Below are positions 52,756 through 63,461 of a stretch of 64,000 nucleotides of DNA, one piece after another (positions within the stretch are counted from its first letter, which is position 1; the number at the start of each line of letters is the position of its first letter). This DNA comes from Bacteroidota bacterium. Lineage in GTDB: Bacteria > Bacteroidota > Bacteroidia > AKYH767-A > 2013-40CM-41-45. The DNA is taken from positions 320,352 through 384,351 of the forward strand of contig JADJSV010000018.1 of assembly GCA_016711505.1 (NCBI GenBank), given 5' to 3'. Both the position numbers and the translations under genes were made by a program. The notes under the pieces are model-generated. The model saw only the letters and a program-made list of their open reading frames with translations, was not told the DNA's origin and searched no databases.

Positions 52756-53538
52756 TTATCTCCTTATTGTTATAAATAGATAATCTCCAGATTCGCTTTT
52801 ATACCGATTCTTTATTTCATCAAACAAATTGTTGTCAATGTCATTTCTTAATTTTGTGAGGCCGCATTCTACTTCTTCAGAATTCGCCAGTGAAGTGAAT
52901 GATGAAATTCCGTTGCGGAATGTTTCTTCAAAATAGATATCAGGATTATTTTTTCCGGAATACAGAAAGTGATCTTTAAGTTTATCCTCAATAAAGTAGA
53001 TTTCTGTATTGGTAATTTTAAGATCCGTTGTTTTAATTGCTTCTTCTATACTGTGTAATGAAGGCATCTGTAAAATAGAAGACTTAAGCATTTTCGGGAA
53101 GTAATGATTTAACCAATAACCCTCCATTTGTTCGGACGTTGATGTAAACAAAACAATTCTGCCGTTTTCTGAAAGTGTTCTGGCGATTTCTGAAAATGCT
53201 TTTTTAAGATCTTTCCAGTGATGTATAGTCAAGGTCCCGATTATTCCATCAAAAAAATTATCTTCTGCAGGGAGTTGTTCAGCAAAACCGTTCAGCCATT
53301 TAATTTTTTTATTTCTGGATCTGGCTAAATCAAGCATTTGTTCTGAAGGATCAATACCCCAGAAACTAAAACCATTTTGGGCTATGGCGATTGTATAATT
53401 TCCCGTACCGCAACCAATATCAAGATAGACCTGATTCAATTCAGGTTTCAAATGATGAATAAGTCTTTCTGTTAAAAATGGATCAGCTTGTCGTGTTAAA
53501 TTGTATCCGGATCCGATATTGTCGTATAAAGTATCCAT
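52756..53538 (-). CDS. class I SAM-dependent methyltransferase
   Basis: Motif I LDIGCGTGNYT, motif post-I GIDPSEQML. Confidence 0.7.
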   Translation of the reverse strand: MDTLYDNIGSGYNLTRQADPFLTERLIHHLKPELNQVYLDIGCGTGNYTIAIAQNGFSFWGIDPSEQMLDLARSRNKKIKWLNGFAEQLPAEDNFFDGIIGTLTIHHWKDLKKAFSEIARTLSENGRIVLFTSTSEQMEGYWLNHYFPKMLKSSILQMPSLHSIEEAIKTTDLKITNTEIYFIEDKLKDHFLYSGKNNPDIYFEETFRNGISSFTSLANSEEVECGLTKLRNDIDNNLFDEIKNRYKSESGDYLFITIRR

Positions 53539-53655
53539 TTTTTTTAATGTGTTATTTTATGATATCAGACTTGTAAATCTTGATGTATGCATCCTGAAAC
53601 CAAGGTAGTGTTTTATTTAAATGACGACAAAACATCTTGATTTGAAGCCGGGCGA

Positions 53656-54468
53656 TCAACCATTAGAAATAAATCCGGGATAGAGTAACATTCCGCCGTC
53701 AATGAAGAGGGTAGTGCCGTTTATATAATCGCTTTCATCTGAAGCAAGCCATACAGCGGCTTTGCCGACATCTTCGGTTTCGCCGATACGTCCATAAGGT
53801 ATTAATGTAAGCAATTCCTTTTCTGCAGCCTGAGTATTCCACGCTTTAATATTAATATGAGTCCGTATGGCGCCGGGAGCAATACTATTGATGCGGATCT
53901 TATGCTGTGCATATTCCTGTGCTATCGTTTTCATCAGCATCATGACCCCTCCTTTTGAAGCTGCATAATTAGCATGACCGGCCCAGGGTATCACTTCATG
54001 TACAGAACTGATGCAAATTATTTTTCCGGCAGATAGTGATGTTTGTTTTTGAATGCCACGCTTTAAAAATTCCCTGACTGCTTCTTTCGAACACAGAAAT
54101 TGCGCGGTAAGATTTACATTTATAACTGCTTGCCATTGCTCTAATGTCATTTCGATCAATGGTGCATCATTCTGAATTCCTGCATTATTTACAAGAATGT
54201 CTACTGTCCCTTCATTTGTTATCACGTCATGAAACATAGACTTTACCTGATCTTCTATACTCACATCGGCCTGATAAATATTTGCTTTACCTCCTGACTG
54301 TCTGATTTCATCTTGTAATTTTTCAGCTTCTTCCCGCAATTTTGGAAACGGATAGTTGATTATAACTGTAGCACCTTCTGTTGCCATTTCTCTTGCAATA
54401 CCTGAACCTATTCCTGAATTGGCACCGGTAATAATTGCTATCTGATTTTTTAATCTTTCGCGGTTCAT
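53656..54468 (-). CDS. SDR-family oxidoreductase (glucose-1-dehydrogenase-like)
   Basis: TGANSGIGSGIA Rossmann motif, NNAG, catalytic YAASK. Confidence 0.75.
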   Translation of the reverse strand: MNRERLKNQIAIITGANSGIGSGIAREMATEGATVIINYPFPKLREEAEKLQDEIRQSGGKANIYQADVSIEDQVKSMFHDVITNEGTVDILVNNAGIQNDAPLIEMTLEQWQAVINVNLTAQFLCSKEAVREFLKRGIQKQTSLSAGKIICISSVHEVIPWAGHANYAASKGGVMMLMKTIAQEYAQHKIRINSIAPGAIRTHINIKAWNTQAAEKELLTLIPYGRIGETEDVGKAAVWLASDESDYINGTTLFIDGGMLLYPGFISNG

Positions 54469-55433
54469 TTTATTTCTTCATACAGATACTGGTCACTATT
54501 ACTAACTTTTCCGAATTTCCTTTCGTATTTAATACCATTATCTTCTCCGAACGGATGACCGCCAAAACCATTTCTCATCATTGCAATTGCTTTATCTGAA
54601 ATGTGAACTTTTTCACGTGAAGCAAAAAGTTGCATAACAGATTGTGCAATGACCGGAATCGGGATTTCCATTCTCAAAGCATCTGCTACCAACCAATTTA
54701 CTTCACCTGTATCTTCGATGTATGATGGAACAGAATCGAAACTTTTTTTGTCGTCGTAAACCTGTTTCATCAGATCGATCAGCCAGGATCGGATAACTGA
54801 GCCATGCCCCCATACACCAAGAATTTCAGATATATTAAGTTCTTCCCTGAAATTTTTCAAGAGTGCCATGCCTTCTCCGATTGCTTGTAACATTCCGAAT
54901 TCAATTCCATTATGAACTAACTTAACAAAATGACCCGAACCGGAACTTCCGGTATATATATATCCGTTTACTACCGCAAGATCTTTTAGAATTGGAGATA
55001 CTTTTTTTACAGCTTTTTTATCTCCGCCGACCATAAAACACACACCTTCACGTGCACCACTTACTCCTCCGCTGGTACCGCAGTCAAGAAAGTGAATTCC
55101 TTTTTCACTGAGCGAAGCAGCACGACGAATAGAATCGCCCCAATATGAATTTCCACCATCTATAATTATATCTTCAGATTGAAGCAGTAAAGAAATTTCA
55201 TTGAGTAGTTGATCAATAGCTTTTCCCGCAGGGATATATGTAAAAATTATTTTTGGCGAGGGTAGGGATAATACCAATTCAGATAAATTTGATTTAATAT
55301 TAATTCCGGTTTTATTATCATCGTTTTTAAGATATTTATCGAAGCCCACGACCTCGTAGCCTTTTTCTAAGGCATTCATGCCAAGATTACTTCCCATTTT
55401 TCCTAAACCGATTATTCCAATTATTTTTTTCAT
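54465..55433 (-). CDS. 6-phosphogluconate dehydrogenase-like NAD(P)-binding protein (short Gnd/YqeC type)
   Basis: GIIGLGKMGSNLGMN Rossmann motif; 322 aa; 6PGDH-like middle region. Confidence 0.6.
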   Translation of the reverse strand: MKKIIGIIGLGKMGSNLGMNALEKGYEVVGFDKYLKNDDNKTGINIKSNLSELVLSLPSPKIIFTYIPAGKAIDQLLNEISLLLQSEDIIIDGGNSYWGDSIRRAASLSEKGIHFLDCGTSGGVSGAREGVCFMVGGDKKAVKKVSPILKDLAVVNGYIYTGSSGSGHFVKLVHNGIEFGMLQAIGEGMALLKNFREELNISEILGVWGHGSVIRSWLIDLMKQVYDDKKSFDSVPSYIEDTGEVNWLVADALRMEIPIPVIAQSVMQLFASREKVHISDKAIAMMRNGFGGHPFGEDNGIKYERKFGKVSNSDQYLYEEIK

Positions 55434-56042
55434 CTGATATTTATTTTTTTGAGAAGCACTCGTGCAGGTGCTCCGTCTGCATCTTTAATTTTCAAGGGGA
55501 GACAAATCATTTCATATTTTCCCGGAATAACATTGAAAAGAATTAATCCCTCAATGATCAGTATTTTCTTTTCAAGAAGTGTACGGTGTACTTCAGCTGC
55601 ATGATCAAATTGGGCTACTGACAGATAATCCACGCCAATACAACTAATACCGATCTCACTTAGATAAACTGCCGCATCGGTATCCAGTGAGATATAGTTT
55701 TTATTGAATGGTTCTGATATCCAATCAATGTCTGAGTTTTTTGTTTTAAAAATGATTAGATCGCCTGATCGTATTAAAAAAGATTTTATTTCCTTTAAAG
55801 TAATCTGATGCTCATCTTTTACCTGGAAAATGGTCACCCGGTCCGATCATCCGGCTCATAGGTATCTGCAATGTATCTTCACCTTCTGAAAAAAAATGAT
55901 TTTCTGCATCAATATGAGTTCCTGTATGAGCGCTGAATTTTAAAGCAGTCACATTGGCCTCATCTCCGTTTTGAATGGCAGAACTTTTTGGATCTTTACC
56001 GGAATATCACCTGGCCAGTGAACCATGTCATTTTGAATGCAT
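55430..56042 (-). CDS. cyclase-family protein (kynurenine-formamidase-like), frameshifted
   Basis: The N-terminal part reads ...HTGTHIDAENHFF... on the minus strand upstream of the supplied ORF 55430-55837, which has a GTG start; frames are joined by an indel in between. Confidence 0.5.
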
Positions 56043-56128
56043 GCTGTTATGTCTATCCAATTTGCTTCATACCATTCCATGATCGTTTTTTTATTTGAAG
56101 AAATTCTGATGCGCCTTATTGCAGTTTT

Positions 56129-57955
56129 TCAGCCGCTTTCAGGAGCGTTTTTATTCCGGCTATTATTCAACTGTTTATTAAGATTGAAAGCAGCACTGAT
56201 CAAACCCAGATGTGTAAAGGCTTGCGGGAAATTTCCCAGATGTTTCCCGTCAAATCCAAGTTGCTCTGAAAACAAACCCAAATGATTTCCATATCCGATC
56301 ATCTTCTCAAAATACAACCGCGCTTTTTCAAGTTGACCGGATCGGGACAAGCACTCAACATACCAGAAAGTGCACATTGAAAATGTTCCTTCACGGCTAT
56401 TCATTCCATCGTAAGCTGCAAATTCGTTTTTATATCTATATACCAATGAGTCGGAAACCAACTCACTTTCTATTTTCTTTAGTGTTGAAAGCCAGCGAGG
56501 GTCTTTCGGACTGATGAACCGGAAGAGAGGCATCAGTAATAAGGATGCATCAACATGTGATGAACCTTTATGCTGAACAAATGATTTTTCTTCCTCATTC
56601 CAGAAATCAATGAAGATACTTTCGTAGATCAGATCACGTTGTCTTTTCCAGTTGTCATCGACAGGAAAGGATCTTTGTTCTGAAATTTTTATTGCTCTGT
56701 CAAAAGCCACCCAACTCATTAATCTGGAATATAAAAATTCTTTTTTTCCGCCTCTTACTTCCCATACACCTTCATCAGGTCTTCTCCAATTTTCTGCCAA
56801 CCATGCGATTTGTTTTTTCAGATCTTCCCATAAATCATAGCCGATCTGTTCGCCATGTTTATTATACAGAAAAACGGCATCCATTAACTCACCGTAAATG
56901 TCGAGTTGAAGCTGATCATATGCTTCATTCCCGATACGAACCGGTGTGGATTTCATGTAGCCTTCGAAGTGATCAAGAACTTTTTCTTTGAGCTGTCTTG
57001 ACCCATCAATAGAGTACATTATTCCCAGTGATTTATGACCTTTAATGTCGCGGCATAATTTTTCAATCCAGCTAATGAAGTTTCCCGCTTCCTTAGTATA
57101 GCCGAGGACCATCAAAGCATAAATTGTAAAGGAGGCATCACGAATCCATGTGTAGCGATAATCCCAGTTTCGTTCGCCCCCAATATATTCCGGAAGGCTG
57201 AATGTTGGTGCAGCAATCACTGAACCATATTTAAATGAGGTCAGAAGTTTTAAAACCAATGCTGAACGATTGACGATTTCTCGCCATCGTCCGTTGTATT
57301 GAGAGCGTTCTACCCATTCTTTCCAGTAATTGATAGTTCGGAATAGACTTTCTGTGATAAATAATTTAAAATCTTTACGCTCGTCATGTTCTTTTACAAT
57401 ATGTTCCAGGAGGAAATCGGCGGTTTCTTTTTCCTGCAGAGTAAATTCTGAATATACATCTCCATCCTGAATGAATAATTCAACACTACTGGTCAGCCGT
57501 AACGAAATGTTGTGTTCACCTTCGCTTTTAAACAGTACACAGTTCGCAGAAATTTGTTCCGCAGTATGAGACTGAAGAGCATAATTCAATCGTGGTTGAC
57601 ATAACATCTGATAATTTCCATTACCCCTTACATTTGTTACTCTTCTGATAAGTTCACTGCCTTCATAAAGCTCTTCAACAGGCATAAAGTCTGTGATTTC
57701 GCTCACACCTTCGGCCGATAGAAATCTTGTAAGCAAGACATTGGTATCAGGAAGATAAAGTTGTTTGGTCTTCATTTCACCGAATTGTGGACGAATTTCA
57801 AAACGCCCGCCTTTTTTATCATCCAATAACGCAGCGAAAATTGTTGGCGAATCAAAATCCGGAAAACACATAAAATCTATGGATCCATTGAGATTGACCA
57901 AAGCGATTGTGTTCAGATCACCTATTATTCCATAATTTTCTATAGGAGAATACAT
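56129..57955 (-). CDS. glycoside hydrolase family 15 (glucoamylase/glucodextranase/trehalase-like)
   Basis: N-terminal YSPIENYGIIGDLNTIALV..GSIDFMCFPDFDSPTIFAALLD GH15 signature; (alpha/alpha)6-barrel-length C-terminus. ATG at 57955; the supplied ORF uses an upstream TTG. Confidence 0.7.
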   Translation of the reverse strand: MYSPIENYGIIGDLNTIALVNLNGSIDFMCFPDFDSPTIFAALLDDKKGGRFEIRPQFGEMKTKQLYLPDTNVLLTRFLSAEGVSEITDFMPVEELYEGSELIRRVTNVRGNGNYQMLCQPRLNYALQSHTAEQISANCVLFKSEGEHNISLRLTSSVELFIQDGDVYSEFTLQEKETADFLLEHIVKEHDERKDFKLFITESLFRTINYWKEWVERSQYNGRWREIVNRSALVLKLLTSFKYGSVIAAPTFSLPEYIGGERNWDYRYTWIRDASFTIYALMVLGYTKEAGNFISWIEKLCRDIKGHKSLGIMYSIDGSRQLKEKVLDHFEGYMKSTPVRIGNEAYDQLQLDIYGELMDAVFLYNKHGEQIGYDLWEDLKKQIAWLAENWRRPDEGVWEVRGGKKEFLYSRLMSWVAFDRAIKISEQRSFPVDDNWKRQRDLIYESIFIDFWNEEEKSFVQHKGSSHVDASLLLMPLFRFISPKDPRWLSTLKKIESELVSDSLVYRYKNEFAAYDGMNSREGTFSMCTFWYVECLSRSGQLEKARLYFEKMIGYGNHLGLFSEQLGFDGKHLGNFPQAFTHLGLISAAFNLNKQLNNSRNKNAPESG

Positions 57956-58059
57956 TCTTTCGAAATACAATTTATATGCCTCCCCGATAAAATGAGAAAG
58001 AAAAAAAATTGATGGATTATCTGAAAAGAAAAAAATAAAATTTTGTAATTGCGGTTTAA

Positions 58060-59281
58060 TTAACTTTTTGCCACTCTTTCAATTGTAAGCCCCTGGATTA
58101 TTATACTGAACAGAACACAAAAGTAGGTTGCAATCAAAAGCAGGTTTTTTGTTTCACTGGTCGGAAGCGACAATGCCAAAGCAAGTGAAAGCCCGCCACG
58201 CAGGCCGCCCCAACCTATAATTCTTGCCTCTTTGCTGGTTAATTTCAAGAGTTTTGGAAAGACTAAATGCGGCAGATATACAACAACCAATCTGGATACT
58301 AAAACCAGAATCACAGAAAGAATTCCTATTGCCAGATATGTGAAGTTAAAATCAATAACAATAATTACGAAGGCAATTATTATAAACAGAATTGCATTCA
58401 GGATGACATCCAGCAATTCCCAGAATTTATTTATGTACTCCTGTGTAATATCGCTCATTGAAATATTGACTTTGTAATTGCCAACCATAAGTCCCATTAC
58501 TACCATTGACAAAGCACCTGAAAGATGAAGATAGTTACAGAAAGAGTAACCGGCCATCACAAAGGCGATTGTGAGAAGGATCTCCGTCTCATAATGATCA
58601 ACAGATTTCATAAGTAAATACAATAAATATCCTAGTCCAAAACCCATCAGAATTCCTCCCACAGCCTCTTTCACAAATAAAATTCCAAAATGAGCAAAGC
58701 TGAAAGTGCCATTACTGAGAGAATCCAATAATGAAATATATACTACTACGCCAACACCATCGTTAAATAAACTTTCACCAACAATTGTATATTCTGTTTT
58801 TTTTCGGAACCTTTGCTTTTTTTAATATTCCCAATACAGCAATCGGATCGGTAGGCGAGATTAGTGAACCGAAAATCAGGCAATAGATAAAATTTATGTG
58901 CAGATTAAAGGCCAGACTTAATCCATAAAACAGAATGGCAACGATGATAGTTGATAGCAGAACTCCACCCAAAGCGAATATTGCAATTGGTTTGATCTGT
59001 TCCTTGAGATTGCTCCAGTTGGTATGAAGTGATCCGGCAAAAAGTAAAAAACCTAAAAGGACATTCAGAATGATCTGATCAATATTGGCAAATTCTATAT
59101 ACTTTTTGATTTCATCGATTGGAATATCCATCCATAATTTGGAACTGATCACCAGTAAGGATAATACAGTTGAGAGAAAAAATAAGCCTATTACAAATGG
59201 TAGTTTTAAGAATTTTTGATTTATATAGGAGAATCCTGCGGAAAGACAGATCAAGATGGTTAAGGCGAAATAGATATTCAT
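58060..59281 (-). CDS. Na+/H+ antiporter, CPA1 (NhaP-type), one homopolymer frameshift
   Basis: ORFs 58775-59281 and 58060-58728 rejoin as ...ILKKAKVPKKTEYTIVGESLFNDGVGVVVY... across an A8 run at about 58787-58794. Confidence 0.65.
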
Positions 59282-59321
59282 TTATTTTCTTCTGCTGTAA
59301 ATGGATTCTCAATGATAAAAA

Positions 59322-60719
59322 TTAAATTGATTTGGAAAAAGGCTTTTCTTCTTCCATGGAATCTATTTCTGAAAGATATTGTTCCTTCAGATGTTCATAA
59401 AGTGATCGCCTGCTTAACGATACTGCAACTAAATTCGAAAAAAGTGCTGTCAGCATGATATAGAATATTACGTTGTGACTATTGGTCATTTCCAGAACAA
59501 GAATTGAAGAAGTAAATGGACTTCTTGTTATACTTGTGAGGAAACCGGTCATCCCACAAAGAATTATCAGATTGGTTTCGGGATTTGATAAATGAAACCA
59601 CTCAGCGAGTACTGCACCTATTGTTGCTCCTGCACTCAAGGAAGGAGCGAAAATTCCACCGGCTGCACCTGCTGAAAAAGAAAAAATCGGCCCGACCATT
59701 CTTAGAAAAGGAATGTACCATTCTATTTTTTTTTGATCGCTGAATAATGTAGAAACCATAATGTCTTTTCCTGAACCAAAAGTCCTGAAGTCAACTAAAA
59801 TAGCCAAACCGGATATAATCAATCCACAGATAACTATGTAAATTATCTTAAGATAATTCTTCTTTAAATTTCTTTTTATTTTTAAAAAGTAGAGTAGTAC
59901 CTTGCTCATTGCAATTCCAGAAATTCCCGCTAAGATTGATAAGGGAATTATTGCTACAATTACCCAGGGAGTAATAAGATCGAGTGTCGGATATCCGAGG
60001 TAAAGGTAAGGCCCTAAAAAATTTAAAGCGGTTAATCCTGAAATTATAACTCCGGTAAGCAATGCTGACTTAAAATAGCTGAAGTGTGTTTTTGTCAATT
60101 CTTCAAGAGCAAATACAATTCCTCCTAAAGGTGTATTAAAGGCAGCAGCAAGACCTGCAGCCGCACCGGTAACGATCATGTTTCTTCTGGAAATTTTCGG
60201 ATACCATGCCGGTAAATAATCACCGATGGTTTTAAATATTGAAGCGGATATCTGTATCGTTGGACCTTCCCGGCCTATTACTCCACCTCCGAAAACCATT
60301 ATCAGGCTGGAGAAAATTTTGGTGAAAATTATTCTCAGACTTAATAATGATTTTACTTTATGATTGGTTTTGGGAGTGGATAATTCAATTGCGGCGGTTA
60401 CTTGTGGTATTCCACTTCCTCTTGAAAAAGGCGCATATCTGTCGATAATTTTCCACGCTAGCACAAAACAAACAGGAGTTATAATCAGGAATGACCAGCT
60501 TGCTCTTTCAAAAATGAATTTTGTTCCTGCTTCTGCTAATAAAAATAGTTTCGCATAAAAAACTGACACTATACCGGTGATAATTGCACAAAGCCAGTAC
60601 GGAAATGCATTGAGTAAATTATTTTTTAATTTTTCATTATTTATTAAATCAAATTTGGATTTTAGTATACTCTTTATTTTCCGTGATATATTCATTTCCT
60701 TATTTAATAATTCCTGCAT
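59322..60719 (-). CDS. ClC-family voltage-gated chloride channel / H+-Cl- antiporter
   Basis: GSGIP, GREGP and the GFLTSITRSPFTS selectivity-filter motifs. Confidence 0.8.
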   Translation of the reverse strand: MQELLNKEMNISRKIKSILKSKFDLINNEKLKNNLLNAFPYWLCAIITGIVSVFYAKLFLLAEAGTKFIFERASWSFLIITPVCFVLAWKIIDRYAPFSRGSGIPQVTAAIELSTPKTNHKVKSLLSLRIIFTKIFSSLIMVFGGGVIGREGPTIQISASIFKTIGDYLPAWYPKISRRNMIVTGAAAGLAAAFNTPLGGIVFALEELTKTHFSYFKSALLTGVIISGLTALNFLGPYLYLGYPTLDLITPWVIVAIIPLSILAGISGIAMSKVLLYFLKIKRNLKKNYLKIIYIVICGLIISGLAILVDFRTFGSGKDIMVSTLFSDQKKIEWYIPFLRMVGPIFSFSAGAAGGIFAPSLSAGATIGAVLAEWFHLSNPETNLIILCGMTGFLTSITRSPFTSSILVLEMTNSHNVIFYIMLTALFSNLVAVSLSRRSLYEHLKEQYLSEIDSMEEEKPFSKSI

Positions 60720-60816
60720 TATAAAGGATTACTGCAAACGTAACAATTTGTTCTATTGTAAATATGAATATTCCATTATGTATATAGCAGGCTTCTCGAA
60801 TAAAGAAGGAATTTCG

Positions 60817-61485
60817 CTATGAGTCAAATTTAGAAGCATCCCATTCTACACCAGGTGGAAATAATTCCGATTTCCTTTTTTTCATTTCTGAAGCTATCAG
60901 TGCGCTGTTACCGCCTTTTTCATCAAGCTTAGAAATAATATTCATGTAACTTTTCTCATCTCTGTTTTGACTGAGTGTAAAGACATTTTCGATTTTATCT
61001 GCCTTTATTTCAAATACTGTAATTCCTTGAAGCATTTTACTTAAGTATGAATCAGAAAGGTTATCATAAATTGTGGGAGACTTGGTATTTCCATTTTCAA
61101 ATTTTAAAGTAAACTTTCGCATCAATTGAATTAATTCATCAGATGTCATAAAATTCATTTTACCATTTACAAATACACTCATATAATTCCATGTAGACCC
61201 CATTTGTTGATTAGTATACCAGGTAGCGCTGACATAAGTACTGGGACCTGTAAACACAACCAATGCATTAGGATTTTCAATAAAAGCTTTATGATGATCT
61301 GTATTTCGCATAATGTGTCCCTGCAAAAACAATTCTCCATTTCTTTCTTCCAAGATAACAGGAATCTGAGTTGCAACCTGAGTGCCCGACAAATTACTTC
61401 CTGTCAAAAATGCAAAGGGATTCTCTTCGATAAAATCTTTTATTGTTTGTTTATCTTTTTCTTTGAAATAGGAGAAGTTGTACAT
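60817..61485 (-). CDS. PaiB-family FMN-binding putative transcriptional regulator
   Basis: 222 aa; N-terminal ...ENPFAFL.....G...ATQIP... pattern typical of PaiB. Confidence 0.55.
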   Translation of the reverse strand: MYNFSYFKEKDKQTIKDFIEENPFAFLTGSNLSGTQVATQIPVILEERNGELFLQGHIMRNTDHHKAFIENPNALVVFTGPSTYVSATWYTNQQMGSTWNYMSVFVNGKMNFMTSDELIQLMRKFTLKFENGNTKSPTIYDNLSDSYLSKMLQGITVFEIKADKIENVFTLSQNRDEKSYMNIISKLDEKGGNSALIASEMKKRKSELFPPGVEWDASKFDS

Positions 61486-61548
61486 GAATGACTTTGGTTA
61501 CAAATGTTATAAAACGAAGATATGAAGTTATCTTTATAATTTGTTTGA

Positions 61549-62085
61549 TTACATTTTTGTCCTTAATGTAAAGTTATAATAAATGATTTCCTTTTCGTTA
61601 TGACTAACCAGCACTTCTCCAATCCTTGGGCTGAAAAAGTCAATAGCATACGCTTCTTTATCCGGAATCATTGCATCCATTCCTGAGTGATAACAATGTC
61701 TGAAAGTTGATTTTAATACTTTAAGAGATTTGTTGAAAAAAGCGTCGTCCTGAATTTCTTCTAAGTTTTTAATTTGTATCAAAGAATCCACGTCTGCAGG
61801 ATTAAATCGAAACATTGCTGCTGAACATTTTTCATTCAACCCTTTTGTTTTAATTTGAATGGTAGCATCACTTTCAACAAAATATCCTGTAATACCTGAA
61901 AGAGTACGGATTTCGAGTATTTTGCAATTCTTAGATTCAAATAGTACTGAATCAGATTTAAAAGTAAAACTCTTTGCTTTAAAGATTTTTGGATGCAGCC
62001 AATCTACAGCTTCAATCTTGTTGGATTGTGCAAAGCAAAAAACAGTTATCAGTAAAAAGAAGGTCGTGATAATGGATTTTTTCAT
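61549..62085 (-). CDS. hypothetical secreted protein
   Basis: Signal peptide MKKSIITTFFLLITVFCFAQ; no recognised domain. Confidence 0.35.
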   Translation of the reverse strand: MKKSIITTFFLLITVFCFAQSNKIEAVDWLHPKIFKAKSFTFKSDSVLFESKNCKILEIRTLSGITGYFVESDATIQIKTKGLNEKCSAAMFRFNPADVDSLIQIKNLEEIQDDAFFNKSLKVLKSTFRHCYHSGMDAMIPDKEAYAIDFFSPRIGEVLVSHNEKEIIYYNFTLRTKM

Positions 62086-62417
62086 TGTAGTAGTTTTAAT
62101 TAGAGTATCAATTAGGTTAGCTGTGGGTTAAGACGCCTCTTGATTCGAACATAGAACTACGAGACCGGCTGCACTCTTGAATCGAAGATATAACTTTCTA
62201 TTCTTAATATCAAGGCCATTGAAAGCAATAACTTTTAAACTCTTGTGACTTGCAATAAAACTGTCTATGTCGTTCAATTCAACATCTTCATGTTATGGGA
62301 ATGACCATCATATTCTACAAGTTCAAGTCTTTGATTGCATAGGTATTTGAGGCGTTTTTAAAAACATATGTGGTACAAAGTTCTTAGTACAATTTATGCT
62401 AAAGTGAGAAAAAACTA

Positions 62418-62425
62418 TAACTTTG
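62418..62425 (+). promoter_or_regulatory. candidate -7 element (TAACTTTG) for the AraC-family gene
   Basis: Matches the Bacteroidetes TAnnTTTG -7 consensus 22 nt upstream of the ATG at 62448. Confidence 0.3.
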
Positions 62426-62447
62426 CTATTATTTGAATTTTGCAACA

Positions 62448-63377
62448 ATGGAAAGCATAGGTATAAAGGATTTTTACAGAGAGATATTTGGCGAAAATGG
62501 AAGTCAGTTGGATTTATTTTTAGAAAGCAACAGTGCAAAAAATTTAGGGCATTTCAATGTTTTTGATACAAAGAAATTTTATTTCAGCGGTGCAAAAAAA
62601 TCTGAAATGACATACAATCGAAGATTGTATTATAAAATCAGCCTAATAAAAGGGAAAAATCTGGTGGAGTTTGCTGGGAAATCTGTGCTCATTGAAAAAC
62701 AAGGAATTTTATTTGCCACACCTAAAATTCCATATCGCTACACGCCACAAGATCAAAACCAGTCGGGTTTTTTCTGCGTGTTTACAAAAGAGTTTTTGTC
62801 AAAATCGAAAACAGGAATTCTGGTGGATGAATTACCTATATATAAGCCCAACAGTGATTTCGTCTTTCAATTGACTGATAAAAAATACATGGAAATTCAA
62901 AAGATGTTTATGAAAATGGACTTAGAACTTTCGTCAGATTACCCTTATAAATACGATTTACTTCGTAATTATGTAATGGAAGTGATACATACCGGACAAA
63001 AGTTAACTCCCATGGCCAGTATTATAAACTCTACCAATGCATCAAGTAGAATATCTTCTTTGTTTATCGAATTACTTGAAAGGCAATTTCCAATTGAAAA
63101 TAATGCTCAGGTAATTCAAATCAAAGCTGCAAGTGATTTTGCAAACAGATTAGGTGTTCATATAAATCATTTGAACAAGGTTTTAAAGGAAACAACAGGT
63201 AAAAGCACTACAGAAATTATTAATGGCAGAATAGCTGAAGAAGCGAAAATATTACTTAAACAAACACAATTGAATGTTTCTGAAATAGCTTTCGCCCTGG
63301 GGTTTGATGAGGTCTCTCATTTTTCTAATTTTTTTAAAAAGCATACAGCGTACTCACCACTACAATATCGTAATTGA
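62448..63377 (+). CDS. AraC-family transcriptional regulator
   Basis: C-terminal double HTH (...IAFALGFDEVSHFSNFFKKHTAYSPLQYR); N-terminal ligand-binding-like domain. Confidence 0.7.
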   Translation: MESIGIKDFYREIFGENGSQLDLFLESNSAKNLGHFNVFDTKKFYFSGAKKSEMTYNRRLYYKISLIKGKNLVEFAGKSVLIEKQGILFATPKIPYRYTPQDQNQSGFFCVFTKEFLSKSKTGILVDELPIYKPNSDFVFQLTDKKYMEIQKMFMKMDLELSSDYPYKYDLLRNYVMEVIHTGQKLTPMASIINSTNASSRISSLFIELLERQFPIENNAQVIQIKAASDFANRLGVHINHLNKVLKETTGKSTTEIINGRIAEEAKILLKQTQLNVSEIAFALGFDEVSHFSNFFKKHTAYSPLQYRN

Positions 63378-63461
63378 TTGAAATTTGTAAATATCAGATT
63401 GTTATTTGTAAACAAATATTATGTGAAAGGCTGACTTTTGTTGTTCAATTTTAAAAGTACT

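Noticed and set aside
62125-62200. Possible tRNA gene or tRNA-derived attachment site (a GTTCGAATC T-loop-like string on the minus strand)
   Set aside because: No acceptor, D or anticodon stems can be built around it. The T-stem flanks are not complementary. There is no CCA or 7-bp acceptor pairing.
503-62538. Numerous short ORFs (60-160 aa) on the strand opposite to long genes (e.g. 503-718, 1947-2297, 3211-3513, 13033-13302, 13665-14144, 26015-26224, 43259-44095)
   Set aside because: They lie entirely inside well-supported genes on the other strand, lack start contexts and have low-complexity composition. They are typical antisense artefacts, especially within the repetitive cargo gene.
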